Part shown: positions 1 to 10,114 of the stretch, piece by piece
How the letters are laid out: every line of letters begins with the position of its first letter
How positions within the stretch are numbered: position 1 is the stretch's first letter
From: Candidatus Latescibacterota bacterium
GTDB taxonomy: Bacteria; Latescibacterota; CBDEFO01
Assembly: GCA_965237525.1 (NCBI GenBank)
Contig: CBDEFO010000008.1
Span: 1,120,001-1,184,000 of the forward strand
DNA length: 64,000 bases
Reading direction: 5' to 3'
The notes under the pieces: generated by a model
What the model was told of the DNA's origin: nothing
Database searches by the model: none
What the model saw: the letters and a program-made list of their open reading frames with translations, nothing else
Translations under genes and position numbers: made by a program

Positions 1-1
1 G

Positions 2-1219
2 GTCGTAGATCGCCTTTTCTATCTGTTCGTCCGTAGTTACGCGGCGCATTCCTCCACCTCGTTCGAGTCCGTAGTAGAGGCCATTTTCCGGATCTATATT
101 GTGATATTCAAGGTCCAGACTCACGATCCAGGGATCATCCCAGGATACACCTTCTTCTTCTACAAAGGTCTCCAGGAGGGATCTTTTCGCCACCCAGTCG
201 ACTCTATCTATCAGTTCCATAGGGTCTCTTTCCAGACTGTCTAACACTGACTCCCACTCTCTGATCACCCAATCAAGTTCTTGATCCCTGCCTTTGAGGT
301 ATTTCTGTGCAAGAGACAGGTATATCCTTTGAATATCTACGGCCGATATAGTTCTTCCGGCACCAAGGCGCACCAGCCATATGAAATGCTGATCTCGGGA
401 TATGTCCTTTAAGGCCTGCACGGGATCCATAAGGCTTATGTCCTCGGTTATGTGTCCGCCCTCCACCAGGCTTAGCATCACCGCGGTTGTACCTATCTTC
501 AAAGCTATCGCGTACTCGGACATGTTGGAATCGCCGACCAAAAGATGTAGCCTTCTGTATTTGGTGTAGTCGGCAAGCGGTTCGTCTCTGCTGTTGACTA
601 TAGAGCGGCTGAACTGTATCCACTGATAGATCTCAGTAACTATGTAATCGGCTCTTTGAGATATTTGATATTCTATCCCTTTTCCGTCTTCAATCCCATA
701 GTCGAACATCTCGTTGTGGTTTCCGACTCTTCCGGCTCCCGTAAATATCTGTCTGGTTACGAAAAATGGGAGGAGTTTGGGGATCACAACTTTGGAAAAG
801 GGGATATCTCTTCTCAGAAGGTAGTTTTCGTGACAGCCGAACGTGGCACCTGTGAAGTGGTCCACATTATTCTTGATGAAGGAAGCCTGTCCCTTCAGGC
901 CTAAATCTGCCAGTGCCCTTTGTAATATTCTCTCTCCTGCTTTATCCGATGTCACAGTATCGAAAAGGCCTGTGCATTCTGGCGTGGCATATTCTATGTG
1001 TCCCATATCTATGTAGACTCTGCCTGAGTTGAAGAGGAATCCGCCGTTTCCGGGTGGCTCATCCCATCCCCTGTGGTGTATGTCCATAACCCCGAGGTTA
1101 TTTTTGTAGAAGATATGATCTTTAACTTTGACAGAGATGTATTCGGGCGCGCCGAAGGACATATCGTCCGGGGCTAAACATCCATATTCAGTCTCAAGTC
1201 CGTATATTCTTTTGATCAT
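2..1219 (-). CDS. pafA: Pup/UBact-protein ligase PafA (3' end runs off window)
   Basis: Missing from the ORF track because it is open at the window edge. Manual translation from ATG 1219: MIKRIYGLETEYG...GGFLFNSGRVYIDMGHIEYATPEC...KNNVDH...FGCHENY...PFFVTRQIF...RDEPLAD...RRLHLLVGDSNMSE...LDLEYH. GS-fold PafA motifs; last visible gene of the proteasome operon. Confidence 0.9.
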   Translation of the reverse strand, partial: MIKRIYGLETEYGCLAPDDMSFGAPEYISVKVKDHIFYKNNLGVMDIHHRGWDEPPGNGGFLFNSGRVYIDMGHIEYATPECTGLFDTVTSDKAGERILQRALADLGLKGQASFIKNNVDHFTGATFGCHENYLLRRDIPFSKVVIPKLLPFFVTRQIFTGAGRVGNHNEMFDYGIEDGKGIEYQISQRADYIVTEIYQWIQFSRSIVNSRDEPLADYTKYRRLHLLVGDSNMSEYAIALKIGTTAVMLSLVEGGHITEDISLMDPVQALKDISRDQHFIWLVRLGAGRTISAVDIQRIYLSLAQKYLKGRDQELDWVIREWESVLDSLERDPMELIDRVDWVAKRSLLETFVEEEGVSWDDPWIVSLDLEYHNIDPENGLYYGLERGGGMRRVTTDEQIEKAIYD

Positions 1220-1307
1220 TGATTTAAAATGGAATTAGAGAGTAATTGCGTAGACAACTTAGATAATTAGCCGGTAGTCAGCATACAGGAAGCCACTTTG
1301 CCCCTGT

Positions 1308-2111
1308 CTACTCTCTACTGTTAGCTGTCTGATTACTTCGGGCGTATTTGGACTCTAACGGTTCAACTTCCTCTTTTGACAAGAACCTAAATTTGCTCTC
1401 TCTCGGCGTTGATCTTTCCAGCACAGCTGCTTCCAAAGAGCCGTTTTGGAATTCCTTTCTGAGGAATTCTTCGATGTCCACATCTTTCGAATCGCTTGAA
1501 TCTTCTGCTGACTCATCTGTGGATAGGCTTTTTATCCTCCCGAGGGCCCATGCCTTCAACGCCCCATCCAACGCATCGCCCAAGCTCAGCTTATCCGTGC
1601 TGATATCAGAGAGGAATCTGCTCATATCGCTTTCGGCACCCTCTGTGCCTGCCAGGGCCTTAAAGCCACCTCCGCTTTGGAAAGAACCGTCGTAGTTTAT
1701 CGAGTAAAACTGAACATTTTTGTCTATCGATTCAAGTTCCGCTATGAATATCTTGGCTATATAAGGGGACCTGAATATCTCATCGAAAGCCTGCTTAATT
1801 ATGGGGGCTATTATGAAGTTTACGAGCCTGTGCGAAGATACATCATCGGCTGACCTGGTGAATCCTTCAACGTGAGCCTGGTCTATAGCCACGATCCTGA
1901 GCCTCTCAATATCAGCAGGATGCCCGAGAGCCGAAAAGGCTATCGTATCGTGTATCTCAAAGAGTTTTCTCTGCCCTGTCGTTACTGTCAACAATAAAGC
2001 CCCGTCGTCATAAGATAGACCAACGACGGGGTTGCCAAGTCTCAACTGATCTTCTATATATTCTCTGTGATTTGAGATTGCCTCGACCCATCTGTAGGGC
2101 TCATCGAACAT
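1308..2111 (-). CDS. prcA: 20S proteasome alpha subunit
   Basis: MFDEPYRW...GNPVVGLSYDDG...RKLFEIHDTIAFSALGHPADIERLR. Start moved to ATG 2111 (GGAG RBS upstream). Follows prcB. Confidence 0.9.
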   Translation of the reverse strand: MFDEPYRWVEAISNHREYIEDQLRLGNPVVGLSYDDGALLLTVTTGQRKLFEIHDTIAFSALGHPADIERLRIVAIDQAHVEGFTRSADDVSSHRLVNFIIAPIIKQAFDEIFRSPYIAKIFIAELESIDKNVQFYSINYDGSFQSGGGFKALAGTEGAESDMSRFLSDISTDKLSLGDALDGALKAWALGRIKSLSTDESAEDSSDSKDVDIEEFLRKEFQNGSLEAAVLERSTPRESKFRFLSKEEVEPLESKYARSNQTANSRE

Positions 2112-2278
2112 CCATCGTCTCCCAAAAGAAAGTAGACAGTAGTCAGGGCACCTCACCCTCCCTGTATGCTGTCTACTGTTTGCTATCTACTTGTCTTGTA
2201 TCTCCACATTCTGACTATGTACCCTTTCCAGTTCACCGGTGGAAATGTCCCCTATGCCGTCTTTGGTTATAGACTTAA

Positions 2279-3797
2279 AAGCCTTGTGAAATAGTTATGT
2301 CCCAGGCAGCGTCTGAAGCGCCGATTATGGGTCAAAGAGTAGCATATCGTATCGTTTTGCTGTGGAATAAGCAAAATAGTCTTATCAGAGTTCTGGTCAG
2401 CAAGGAACAGGAGCTGTTTGAAGAACAGGATGCACTGTCTTTGACAGACAGGGCACACATAGACGCTTTCCCCCTTCTTATGAAAGATACAAGCCTCTTG
2501 AGATTCTGTACTGTTGCAACAAGATTCAACTGTTCATTCAGTGAGGCTGGTCCTCTGTAACGGGCTCGTCCCATACCGTGTTGTTGCCTGGCTTCAGCAA
2601 AGATATGTTCACTGCGTTTACGGAGTCTCCGGGAGAGTTTGTAGTCAGCTGTTAATGAGATAGACCGTGCATGATTTCTGGCTTTCGCCTCTCGCACTTT
2701 TCTATCCCGTTCGGCCTGAATATGTGCTGAATTTGTCTTGTTTTTCCATGTAGGAATCGGTTCAATCTTCTCATCGGCTCGCAGAGGAATATGGGGTATG
2801 ATTCCCCGGTCAAGTACATCAGCGATAAAATTACCAGAACCGTAACCGGTATCGGCACTAAGTGTCTGAATGTCTTTGGGCATGGTGTATGTTTCAAGGT
2901 CATCTACCATCTTAAGGGCACTTTCGGGCTCTGCTGTCCCTGTCGCCTGCGTGCCCTGAGTCTCAAGGATTACTCTGCTTTTTGTGTCGATCAGATCATG
3001 GCCCATAAACGAGAGAAAAGCCCCTTTGCCCTTCGATTTGCTGTATAAGCGCGCGTCGGGGTCTGTAGTCGAACGGTGTGTTTGGTTCGTCCACTTTTCA
3101 CCATGAAAGTCTTTATCCTGAGGATGCCCGGACCTACCCTTTGTCTTATCACCTTCAAAACCGATTCCCTTGAGATAATCATCAAGAGAAACAGGGGGTT
3201 CTATCGGCTCAATACTTTTCACTGAAGCATCAGCTTGTATCTGAGTGCCGTCGACACTAAGGTGTTTACCGCTCACAAGACCGACATCTATGCAACACTG
3301 GACTACCTGACGCATTATCCGTTCAAACAACCCACTGGATGCCCACTTGTGATTGCGAAGCTTGTTGATCGTGCTCCTATCCGGAACCGCATCATCAAAT
3401 GTCTGATGACAAAACAACCGATATGCCGCATGCATCCCCACTTCCTGACAGAGCCGATTCTCACTCAAATTATACAGATAGCCAATAAGGATCATTCGAA
3501 CAACTAATTCAGGATCAATACCGGGTCTGCCATTGTCAGGGCAATAACAATCTGATACAACGTCTCGTACAAATGAAAAATCAACTGCCTCATCAATCTG
3601 ACGAAGGATATGATCCTCGGGAACTAAATCCTCCATCTGAAAATAGTGAAACATCGGATTTGTCTGTTCCTGCTTTTGTGGGGTCATTGTTTCCTCCATG
3701 TATAATATTATCAATAACATAATATAATACATCGGAACTGCTTTATCAATGCTTGTTCTATACTATTTTCTGAATCTAAGGGTTTTTCACAAGGCTT
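2279..3797 (-). mobile_element. IS1182-family insertion sequence, copy 1 (1519 bp, intact transposase)
   Basis: TIR AAGCCTTGTGAAA...TTTCACAAGGCTT; 4-bp TSD TTAA (2275-2278, 3798-3801); near-identical copy at 16517-18035. Confidence 0.93.
2332..3732 (-). CDS. IS1182-family DDE transposase
   Basis: LVPEDHILRQID...GRPGIDP (DUF772-like), VDGT, STTDPDARL, ADTGYG, R..SEHIFAEAR..HG..RARYRG. True start may be a downstream Met. Confidence 0.92.
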   Translation of the reverse strand: MYYIMLLIILYMEETMTPQKQEQTNPMFHYFQMEDLVPEDHILRQIDEAVDFSFVRDVVSDCYCPDNGRPGIDPELVVRMILIGYLYNLSENRLCQEVGMHAAYRLFCHQTFDDAVPDRSTINKLRNHKWASSGLFERIMRQVVQCCIDVGLVSGKHLSVDGTQIQADASVKSIEPIEPPVSLDDYLKGIGFEGDKTKGRSGHPQDKDFHGEKWTNQTHRSTTDPDARLYSKSKGKGAFLSFMGHDLIDTKSRVILETQGTQATGTAEPESALKMVDDLETYTMPKDIQTLSADTGYGSGNFIADVLDRGIIPHIPLRADEKIEPIPTWKNKTNSAHIQAERDRKVREAKARNHARSISLTADYKLSRRLRKRSEHIFAEARQQHGMGRARYRGPASLNEQLNLVATVQNLKRLVSFIRRGKASMCALSVKDSASCSSNSSCSLLTRTLIRLFCLFHSKTIRYATL

Positions 3798-4534
3798 TTA
3801 ACAAGAGGAAATATTTTGGATCTGCTGTTATATCCGCTCGTGGCTGTGTCGTATTCGGAGACGGAATCTAGCATCCTCAAAACTAAGGTTATAGATTCCT
3901 CCCTGCTCATATCAACAAAGCACTTTTCGCCCCATCTATTAAGATAATACAGGGCCCCTCTGATCCCCAGGGAGCCTGAACCAGACGTGGCAAAATCAGC
4001 GCACTCGAACTGCGCCCCAAGACCGTCATAGAAGTATATCCTACCTTCGCCATCTTTCCCTTGATAGGTATCGAACGCCGCAAATATCGGTATGACTGCC
4101 CCGATGCCCTGGAGAGCTATGGGGAGGTTATCCCTTATCAGCCTTGACAGGGTTCTGAGTTTACCTTCTAAACTCATTTCCTGAAGTTGACTCCTCCTGT
4201 AGTACTTAAACGAGTGTTCCAGGGTCCTTGCTATCTCAAAAGCCATCGCCGGAGAGCCGGAGATCGCCATCACGGAGTACTCATCTATGTTTATCACCTT
4301 ATCCGCCCGGTCGTACACCACTGACGTGCCAGCTGTGGCTCTGCGATCTCCCGCTATGACGACTCCATCTTTGTATCTGACAGCCAAGATCGTGGTCCCT
4401 TCTGTCGAAAAGGGAAGAGAACCTTCTGATAACCCATCCTCTCTTGACGGAAGGCGCAGAGTCCTTTCCTTGCTCCCCGATTTGTTTCCTTGATCTTCTA
4501 TCAGGCTTAAAAAGTCGCCCTTATAATCCATTTA

Positions 4535-4735
4535 CTACTCGCCCGTTCTCTGTCTGTATCTCTTCGACTGATTAGGATCGACCCTTCTCATCCTCTTGAG
4601 TAGCTCTCTGGTATCCGGTCTGTCCACTTCCGGTCTCGATGGGCCTTCATCCTGGCCCTCTTTCTTATCCCAGGGATCGACGGGTCTGGGTATTCTGTCC
4701 CTGAGTTCTGTGCTTTTATAGATAAATCTACTCAT
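4535..4735 (-). CDS. ubact: UBact, prokaryotic ubiquitin-like (Pup analogue) modifier
   Basis: 66 aa charged protein between dop and prcB, ending ELLKRMRRVDPNQSKRYRQRTGE. This matches the UBact R[T/S]G[E/Q] terminus, not the Pup GG[E/Q] terminus. Confidence 0.9.
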   Translation of the reverse strand: MSRFIYKSTELRDRIPRPVDPWDKKEGQDEGPSRPEVDRPDTRELLKRMRRVDPNQSKRYRQRTGE

Positions 4736-6254
4736 TTTTTAGCCTCCTTATAGCGTGCAAAAGCTCCGCTGACGTCGTTGAGTCGTCCACAGCCCTATTG
4801 TAAGCCTTGACCGAGCAACTGTCAATCAGATCGTTCATACTTACTGAGATTTCCATTCCGTCATTGCTGAATAGTACGCTGTTCCACTGTATGGACTTGA
4901 TGTCATCTCTGAACTTGCCCAGTGACTTGCCTCTGAAATACGCTCTGGTATTTGAAGGAGGGGAATGAACGGAATTTTCGACATCTTCATCCCACACGAG
5001 CTTCTTGATGATCCCCTCTCTTAGGAGCTCGTAGTACAGCCCCCTCTGTCTGTCTATGTTGTGGTATTCAAGGTCCAAGCTTTGAACCCACGGATCTTCC
5101 CACGACAGACCCTCTTCTTGTATAAAGGTCTGAAGGAGCCACTTCTTGGCGGGCCAATCGAGTCTGTCTTTTAGGTTCATAGGATCGCTCTCGAGTGTAT
5201 TCAAGGCGAATTCCCACTCTCTTAGGACCCAATCGTATTCAGGGTCTCTTCCCTTTAGGTGTCTTTCGGCAAGGCTCAGGTACTCTCTTTGGACGTCCAC
5301 TGCCGATATAGTCTTCTTATCTTCTAATTCCACGATCCACTTTAAGCTTTGATCTTTGGATATATCCTTAATAGCTTTGGTAGGTCTTCTCAAAGATGGA
5401 GGGTTTTGCATAAGTTCCTCTTCTATAAGGTCCAGGACCAAAACAGTTGTCCCAATCTTGAGGGCCGTCGAATACTCTGACATATTGGCGTCGCCTACAA
5501 TTCCGTGGAGTCTCCTGAACCTCGTCGGGTCGGCATGTGGCTCATCTCTGGTATTTATGATCGGCCTTTTGTACATAGTGTCCACGCTGGTCTCTACCAT
5601 GAAAAAGTCCGATCTTTGAGCTATCTGGAAAGGACCGGGTTCAGATTTGCACTCCGATTCTGTTCCCACCTTTCCTGCTCCTGCGAAGATCTGGCGGGTT
5701 ACGAAAAATGGTATCAGGCGTTCCTTTAAATAATCGAACGGAACTTTACGAAGCATGAAGTAGTTGTCGTGGCATCCGTAGCTGTGGCCGTGGAAATCCG
5801 TATTGTTTTTGTAGAGGCTTACCCTTTTGCCGTCCAGATTTTCGCTTCTCCTTTTTGTGCACGCCTCAAGGATCCTCTCACCCGCCTTATCGTGGGCTAC
5901 AAGTTCAAATAGCCCTGTGCATTCGGGCGTGGAGTACTCAGGGTGGGCGTGATCGTTGTAGAGCCTTGCCCCGTTTATCAGTATAAGATCACTTTTTATC
6001 TCCTTAAAAGAAAGATTCCTTTTTGAATCTCTCCTTTGGTGCTTCTTCTCGTCTGGGTCCTCCAGAAGTTGTTTGGCTCTAAAGCCCCTAACGTCTCTTA
6101 GAGGGTCCTCCATACTGTAATCCCATCTTACATCTGCTACGTCGTTTTGTCTGTAGCTTTTTACAATCTCTATGGATTCTTTTACAGGGTCTATTTCATC
6201 AACTCCGTCGATGCTGACCCCGTACTCGGTCTCTATTCCGAACATTCTGAACAT
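4728..6254 (-). CDS. dop: Depupylase/deamidase Dop (PafA2 family)
   Basis: MFGIETEYG, NGARLYNDHAHPEYSTPEC (Dop-type HAHPEYS), YKNNTD..GHSYGCHDNY, INTRDEPHAD, TRAYFRG. Confidence 0.92.
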   Translation of the reverse strand: MFRMFGIETEYGVSIDGVDEIDPVKESIEIVKSYRQNDVADVRWDYSMEDPLRDVRGFRAKQLLEDPDEKKHQRRDSKRNLSFKEIKSDLILINGARLYNDHAHPEYSTPECTGLFELVAHDKAGERILEACTKRRSENLDGKRVSLYKNNTDFHGHSYGCHDNYFMLRKVPFDYLKERLIPFFVTRQIFAGAGKVGTESECKSEPGPFQIAQRSDFFMVETSVDTMYKRPIINTRDEPHADPTRFRRLHGIVGDANMSEYSTALKIGTTVLVLDLIEEELMQNPPSLRRPTKAIKDISKDQSLKWIVELEDKKTISAVDVQREYLSLAERHLKGRDPEYDWVLREWEFALNTLESDPMNLKDRLDWPAKKWLLQTFIQEEGLSWEDPWVQSLDLEYHNIDRQRGLYYELLREGIIKKLVWDEDVENSVHSPPSNTRAYFRGKSLGKFRDDIKSIQWNSVLFSNDGMEISVSMNDLIDSCSVKAYNRAVDDSTTSAELLHAIRRLKNE

Positions 6255-6310
6255 TTAATCACCACAGCGACGTCATTGCCAGGCGGCGTGGCCGCTTTGA
6301 TCGAGAGACA

Positions 6311-6357
6311 GCAAGCCCCCGCCCCCCGATAGAGTCAATCGGGGGGCGGGGGCTTGC
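6311..6357. repeat. REP-like palindrome (CCCCGATAGAnTCAATCGGGG core), possible terminator-like hairpin
   Basis: GCAAGCCCCCGCCCCCCGAT-agagtca-ATCGGGGGGCGGGGGCTTGC; the core recurs elsewhere in the window. Confidence 0.8.
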
Positions 6358-7154
6358 CACCATGTGGGCGCAGCAATCTTATATCTTCTCATAAGATTAA
6401 GTTGCTTCCGGGCTTCAGCTCTGGCAATGACTCAAGGCCTATGCGCAGCAACCTCACTTAGTAGATCTCTTTCTGTATGCTCTTTACCCTCTTTATATGA
6501 TTCTATATGATTCTGCCTGCAATTTTCTTTCTGTCTGTGCCACGATCCTTTACAGGCACCACTTTGACGACGTTCTCTGGGTCGTAGTCCAGCAACTTCA
6601 TCCAATCCTCTGTATTATCCGTCGGCGGGAAGATGTCGTTTTCTTTATATTCGCTTTCAACTGCCGTCAAGATGCCCTCTTCCGATATGCCTTCGTCCTT
6701 TTGGTTGGCGATGGATCTTTTTATGGCGGACTCTTTTGCTCTTTGCACGATGGAAGCTATTATTGCTCCACTTGCGAGATCCCCTCTGTGTAGGATATCT
6801 CTCCTGCCGCTCCTCAGGGATACCTCAAGGAGTTTGGTATCGTCTCTTTTTGCAAAGAGTTCCACCATCGCTGCATCTATCAGATAGCTTTGGGAGGCGC
6901 TCGCATCGCCATTGGATCTTTCCAAAAGTTCGGGATCTATCGGAAGACCGGGTGTAAGATAGATTTGGAATATCTCCCTTGACGCCTCTTGGTTGGGTCT
7001 TTTGACCTTAATCTTCCTGTCTATCCTGCCGGGTCTTAATATGGCCGGGTCGATCAGATCTGGCCTGTTGGTGGCAAGAATTAGCACCATGTCGGCAAGT
7101 GACTCTATTCCGTCCATCTCCGCACAGAACATTGGCACTACCGTATTGGCTATA

Positions 7155-8456
7155 GGTTATTTATCAAATGAAATCGGTGCACTTCTCTTTCGATCTTTGA
7201 TTGATCTTGAATGATAGGTTTTCGACAATCTTTGGTTTCTGTTCTTTTTCAAAATGGATGTATAATTGTTCTTCTTTTAGGTTCCATTCAGCCAGGACAA
7301 AGTAGTTGGTGTAAGAGGAGGGAAGAGATACTTTCTCATTTAGGACATCGATAAAGGCTTTATCTGTCTGTTCTGTGTCCTGTTTGACTTGTCTGATAAA
7401 ATAGGTCTTGGGAATGAAATCTTTCTCGTTTGACTTCTCTTGCTTAGGTGGACGGTAGCCGGTGTATCTCTGTGATGAAAGATTAAACCATTCTAACTTC
7501 TGATCAACTTCTTGTAAGCTTTTGAACTGAATTCTGTTCCAGAACTTCCTTGAAAATACAGAATTGTTGCCTTCTATAGATGCTTGAGAAAAGGGCCTTC
7601 TGGGAACGGCAAATATCGGAATCACTTGATTTTTCAAGAGAAACTGCATTGCTTTGCTGACATTCCTTTTACCTGAAACACTGCCAATAGTCGCCGAGCA
7701 ATTGTCCACCTTAACGAAATCTGGTTTTTCAAACCTGTCAAAGAAAGACTGACACTTCTCGATAAAGTTAGTTGCTGTTTGACCGTCAACCCGCCGAAAA
7801 TACCTTAACTTAGGCTCTTTCTTAAAGGAAAATCCAACGAAGTTGACCGGCTCAGTTCTGCCGGTAAGATACTTTTTACCAATAAAGTCTGATTCTAGGA
7901 CTCTGCCTCCTGAAAGATAGTAAATGGTATACTCTGGATAACAAAGATAACGAGATGCACCCTTGTTTTTACCTTTCTTCCTTCTCTGGGAAAGTCCTAA
8001 ATCTGAAAGCATTCTGCCGATAGTCGGCAACGACGGAGGAGGGGTGCTAGAATATCGATTCCTCCATTCTTGTTCAATAACAGTGGCTCCTGAATAGAAC
8101 TGATAAGGATCGTCCTCTAAGCTATGGTAAATCTCTTTGATTCTCTGTTCGTCAACTTTAGCCAATTTTCGCCTTTTTCCTTTTGGCCAACCCCGATTAT
8201 CTATGGCAAAATCCTGATCCAGAGATTTAGTCCAAGCCGTAACGAAATCATTGGAAACTCTCGCTTGTTTGATAACTTCTCGCTTTGACATTTCTTTCTT
8301 AAAATACATCTCGTTGACTTCTTGTCTTAATACGGCCAATCTCTCTTTGTCCATAGGACTCCGTAGATTAAAGTTAAGACAATCAACTCAACTTAATCTA
8401 CTAATACTCTAAACAAAGATCAAATTAGGTGCACCGATTTCATTTGATATTCAACC
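7155..8456 (-). mobile_element. Insertion sequence, 1302 bp, integrase-core (rve-like) DDE type; family uncertain (IS481/ISNCY-like)
   Basis: 28-bp imperfect TIR GGTT(ATT/GAA)TATCAAATGAAATCGGTGCAC; 6-bp TSD GCTATA at 7149-7154 and 8457-8462; AT-richer than flanks. Confidence 0.9.
7164..8354 (-). CDS. DDE transposase
   Basis: N-terminal HTH-like region; PSLPTIGRML; ESDF...KVDN...PFSQASIEGNN (D-D-E); lies inside the TIRs. Confidence 0.85.
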   Translation of the reverse strand: MDKERLAVLRQEVNEMYFKKEMSKREVIKQARVSNDFVTAWTKSLDQDFAIDNRGWPKGKRRKLAKVDEQRIKEIYHSLEDDPYQFYSGATVIEQEWRNRYSSTPPPSLPTIGRMLSDLGLSQRRKKGKNKGASRYLCYPEYTIYYLSGGRVLESDFIGKKYLTGRTEPVNFVGFSFKKEPKLRYFRRVDGQTATNFIEKCQSFFDRFEKPDFVKVDNCSATIGSVSGKRNVSKAMQFLLKNQVIPIFAVPRRPFSQASIEGNNSVFSRKFWNRIQFKSLQEVDQKLEWFNLSSQRYTGYRPPKQEKSNEKDFIPKTYFIRQVKQDTEQTDKAFIDVLNEKVSLPSSYTNYFVLAEWNLKEEQLYIHFEKEQKPKIVENLSFKINQRSKEKCTDFI

Positions 8457-10114
8457 GCTATATTGTGCGTCCTGTTAGCCCTCCTTGTGCCGAGTACTGA
8501 CTCGGCCTCGTCTATGAATATGAAAGGGAGATAGCCTTCTTTGTGCTTTTCTCTGGCTATTGAGAATATCTCTCTTACCATTCTCTCGGATTCACCGAGC
8601 CACATGTTCAGGATCTCAGGTCCCTTGACGTGCATGAAATATTCTTCCACCCCATCGCCGCCACCCTCTTTGAACTGACGCACGAGGTTATAGGCGGTAG
8701 CCTTTCCTATCAGGGTCTTGCCGCAACCTGGGGGGCCGTGCAAAAGGAAGCCTTTGGGGGGGGCGTACTGGAACTTTTGGAAAAGTTCAGGATAGAGCAG
8801 TGGCATCTCTAAAGCATCTTTTATCGCTCCTATCGCTTCGTCCTGACCCCCGACCTTGCTCCATGGAAGTTCAGGGACTTGCTCCAGGTAGTATTCCTTA
8901 GATTGAGAGGTGGCAATATGCTCTAAGGCGACTCTGAAGCTGGGATCTACTCTTACCTGGTCACCCTCCTTTATATTAATATTGAGCAAATCTGAGGATC
9001 TATATAATATCGTACTTTGAAGTCCGTGTTCCTGTCCTACCTGGAGACGGTCATCAGAGATAACGTCCACAACCTTGACTATAGGGCCATACGGGCTATA
9101 TCCGAGGTCCCCTACGACTGCATACGCCTCGTTGACAAGGACTCTTGTGCCTACTTTCAACTCCGAAATATCGAGTCTGGTGTCGACATTGGCGTAGTAG
9201 TCGGCGCCTCCCACCACGATGCAGGCTATGCCCTCCTTTGGAGACCCCAGGTATGTCCCCACTCTGTTGGAGGGGGATGTCACCTTCTCCAGGGCTCCCT
9301 CAAGCTCGACGATTGTCTGCCGCGCTTCCTGGAACGTCATCTCATCCTCAATTATCTGCCTTCTCAATTGATAGAGTAGATGCCTCCTGCTATCCTTCTC
9401 ATCCAGTGATAGCAGCATTCTATCGACTAGCGCCAAAGCCCGAGCATCGGCGGTGGTTTCGTCGTAATCCTCGTGATAACCGGCGAAAAAGTCCTCGGAT
9501 TCTTCTCCGGGGTCTCTATCAATACGACTCCTTGAGGGCTTTTGGCCCTTGTCTCTATCTTGGTGTCTTGGATCTTTGGGATTGTTCATTACGAAAGAGT
9601 CCTTGGCAAAATCTTAGGTATTGCCTTTGAAGACAGCGACGATGCAAAATAGAAAGAGAAAAGTCACTAAGCTTATAGACTTACTAAACGAAGGTATAGT
9701 TTAGCAAATTTCTTGCCCAAAGTCTAATGAAAAGAGGAAAAGCTCTGTGATTCGGAAAGGCAGCACTTTTCAAGAATTTGTCGTGGGTCGCACATCTTCA
9801 GGTCCAGACCCGTGTGTCTGCCCTCAAAATACCCTGGGACTTCGTGGTCTGTTGCTTCTCTCTCCTGGGCAGCTCCCACGGTGCCTGGCCCCCACCAATA
9901 CATAAGCTGGGGCGAACTGTTATCTCTTAGCAAAGCTTAAACTTCCCCTTTCCGAATCAGGGGGAAAAGGTTAAGCTTGCCATCTTATGGTCTGGCGGGT
10001 TCTCGACCGACAGGAAAAGAAGACTTTCTTACCAAATCCAGTCATGAGCAATATTTGGTCAACTAGAACCCAATCACCAATCAGATAAGTTTCCAGGCAA
10101 GACCTGTTGTGTAT

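Larger units (their letters stand above)
2187..4531 (-). pseudogene. prcB: 20S proteasome beta subunit, interrupted near its 3' end by an IS1182-family element
   Basis: Propeptide followed by G|TTILAVRYKDGVVIAGDRRATAG (catalytic Thr). Removing IS 2279-3797 and one TTAA restores ...FPLVKSITKDGIGDISTGELERVHSQNVEIQDK* ending at 2187. The current allele ends ...LVKSLVKNP* at 3776. Confidence 0.88.
6503..9589 (-). pseudogene. arc: Proteasome-associated AAA+ ATPase ARC/Mpa, split by an IS
   Basis: 5' part: coiled coil/OB domains, Walker A GPPGCGKT, KGPEILNMWLGESER, Walker B FIFIDEAES. 3' part: MFCAEMDG...ILATNRPDLIDPAILRPGRIDRKI. Removing IS 7155-8456 and one TSD rejoins ...RTHNIANTVVPMFCAEMDG in frame. 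Confidence 0.9.

Noticed and set aside
273..904. ORFs 273-623(-) and 656-904(+)
   Set aside because: Shadow frames of pafA, which the ORF track missed because it runs off the window.
4535..4735. Calling the small protein actinobacterial Pup
   Set aside because: It ends RTGE, not GGE/GGQ, and lacks the Pup FVQKGG motif.
9724..9980. 69-aa ORF and an AAGCTTAA...TTAAGCTT hairpin between gltD and arc
   Set aside because: No recognisable motif or RBS; the hairpin could not be assigned.
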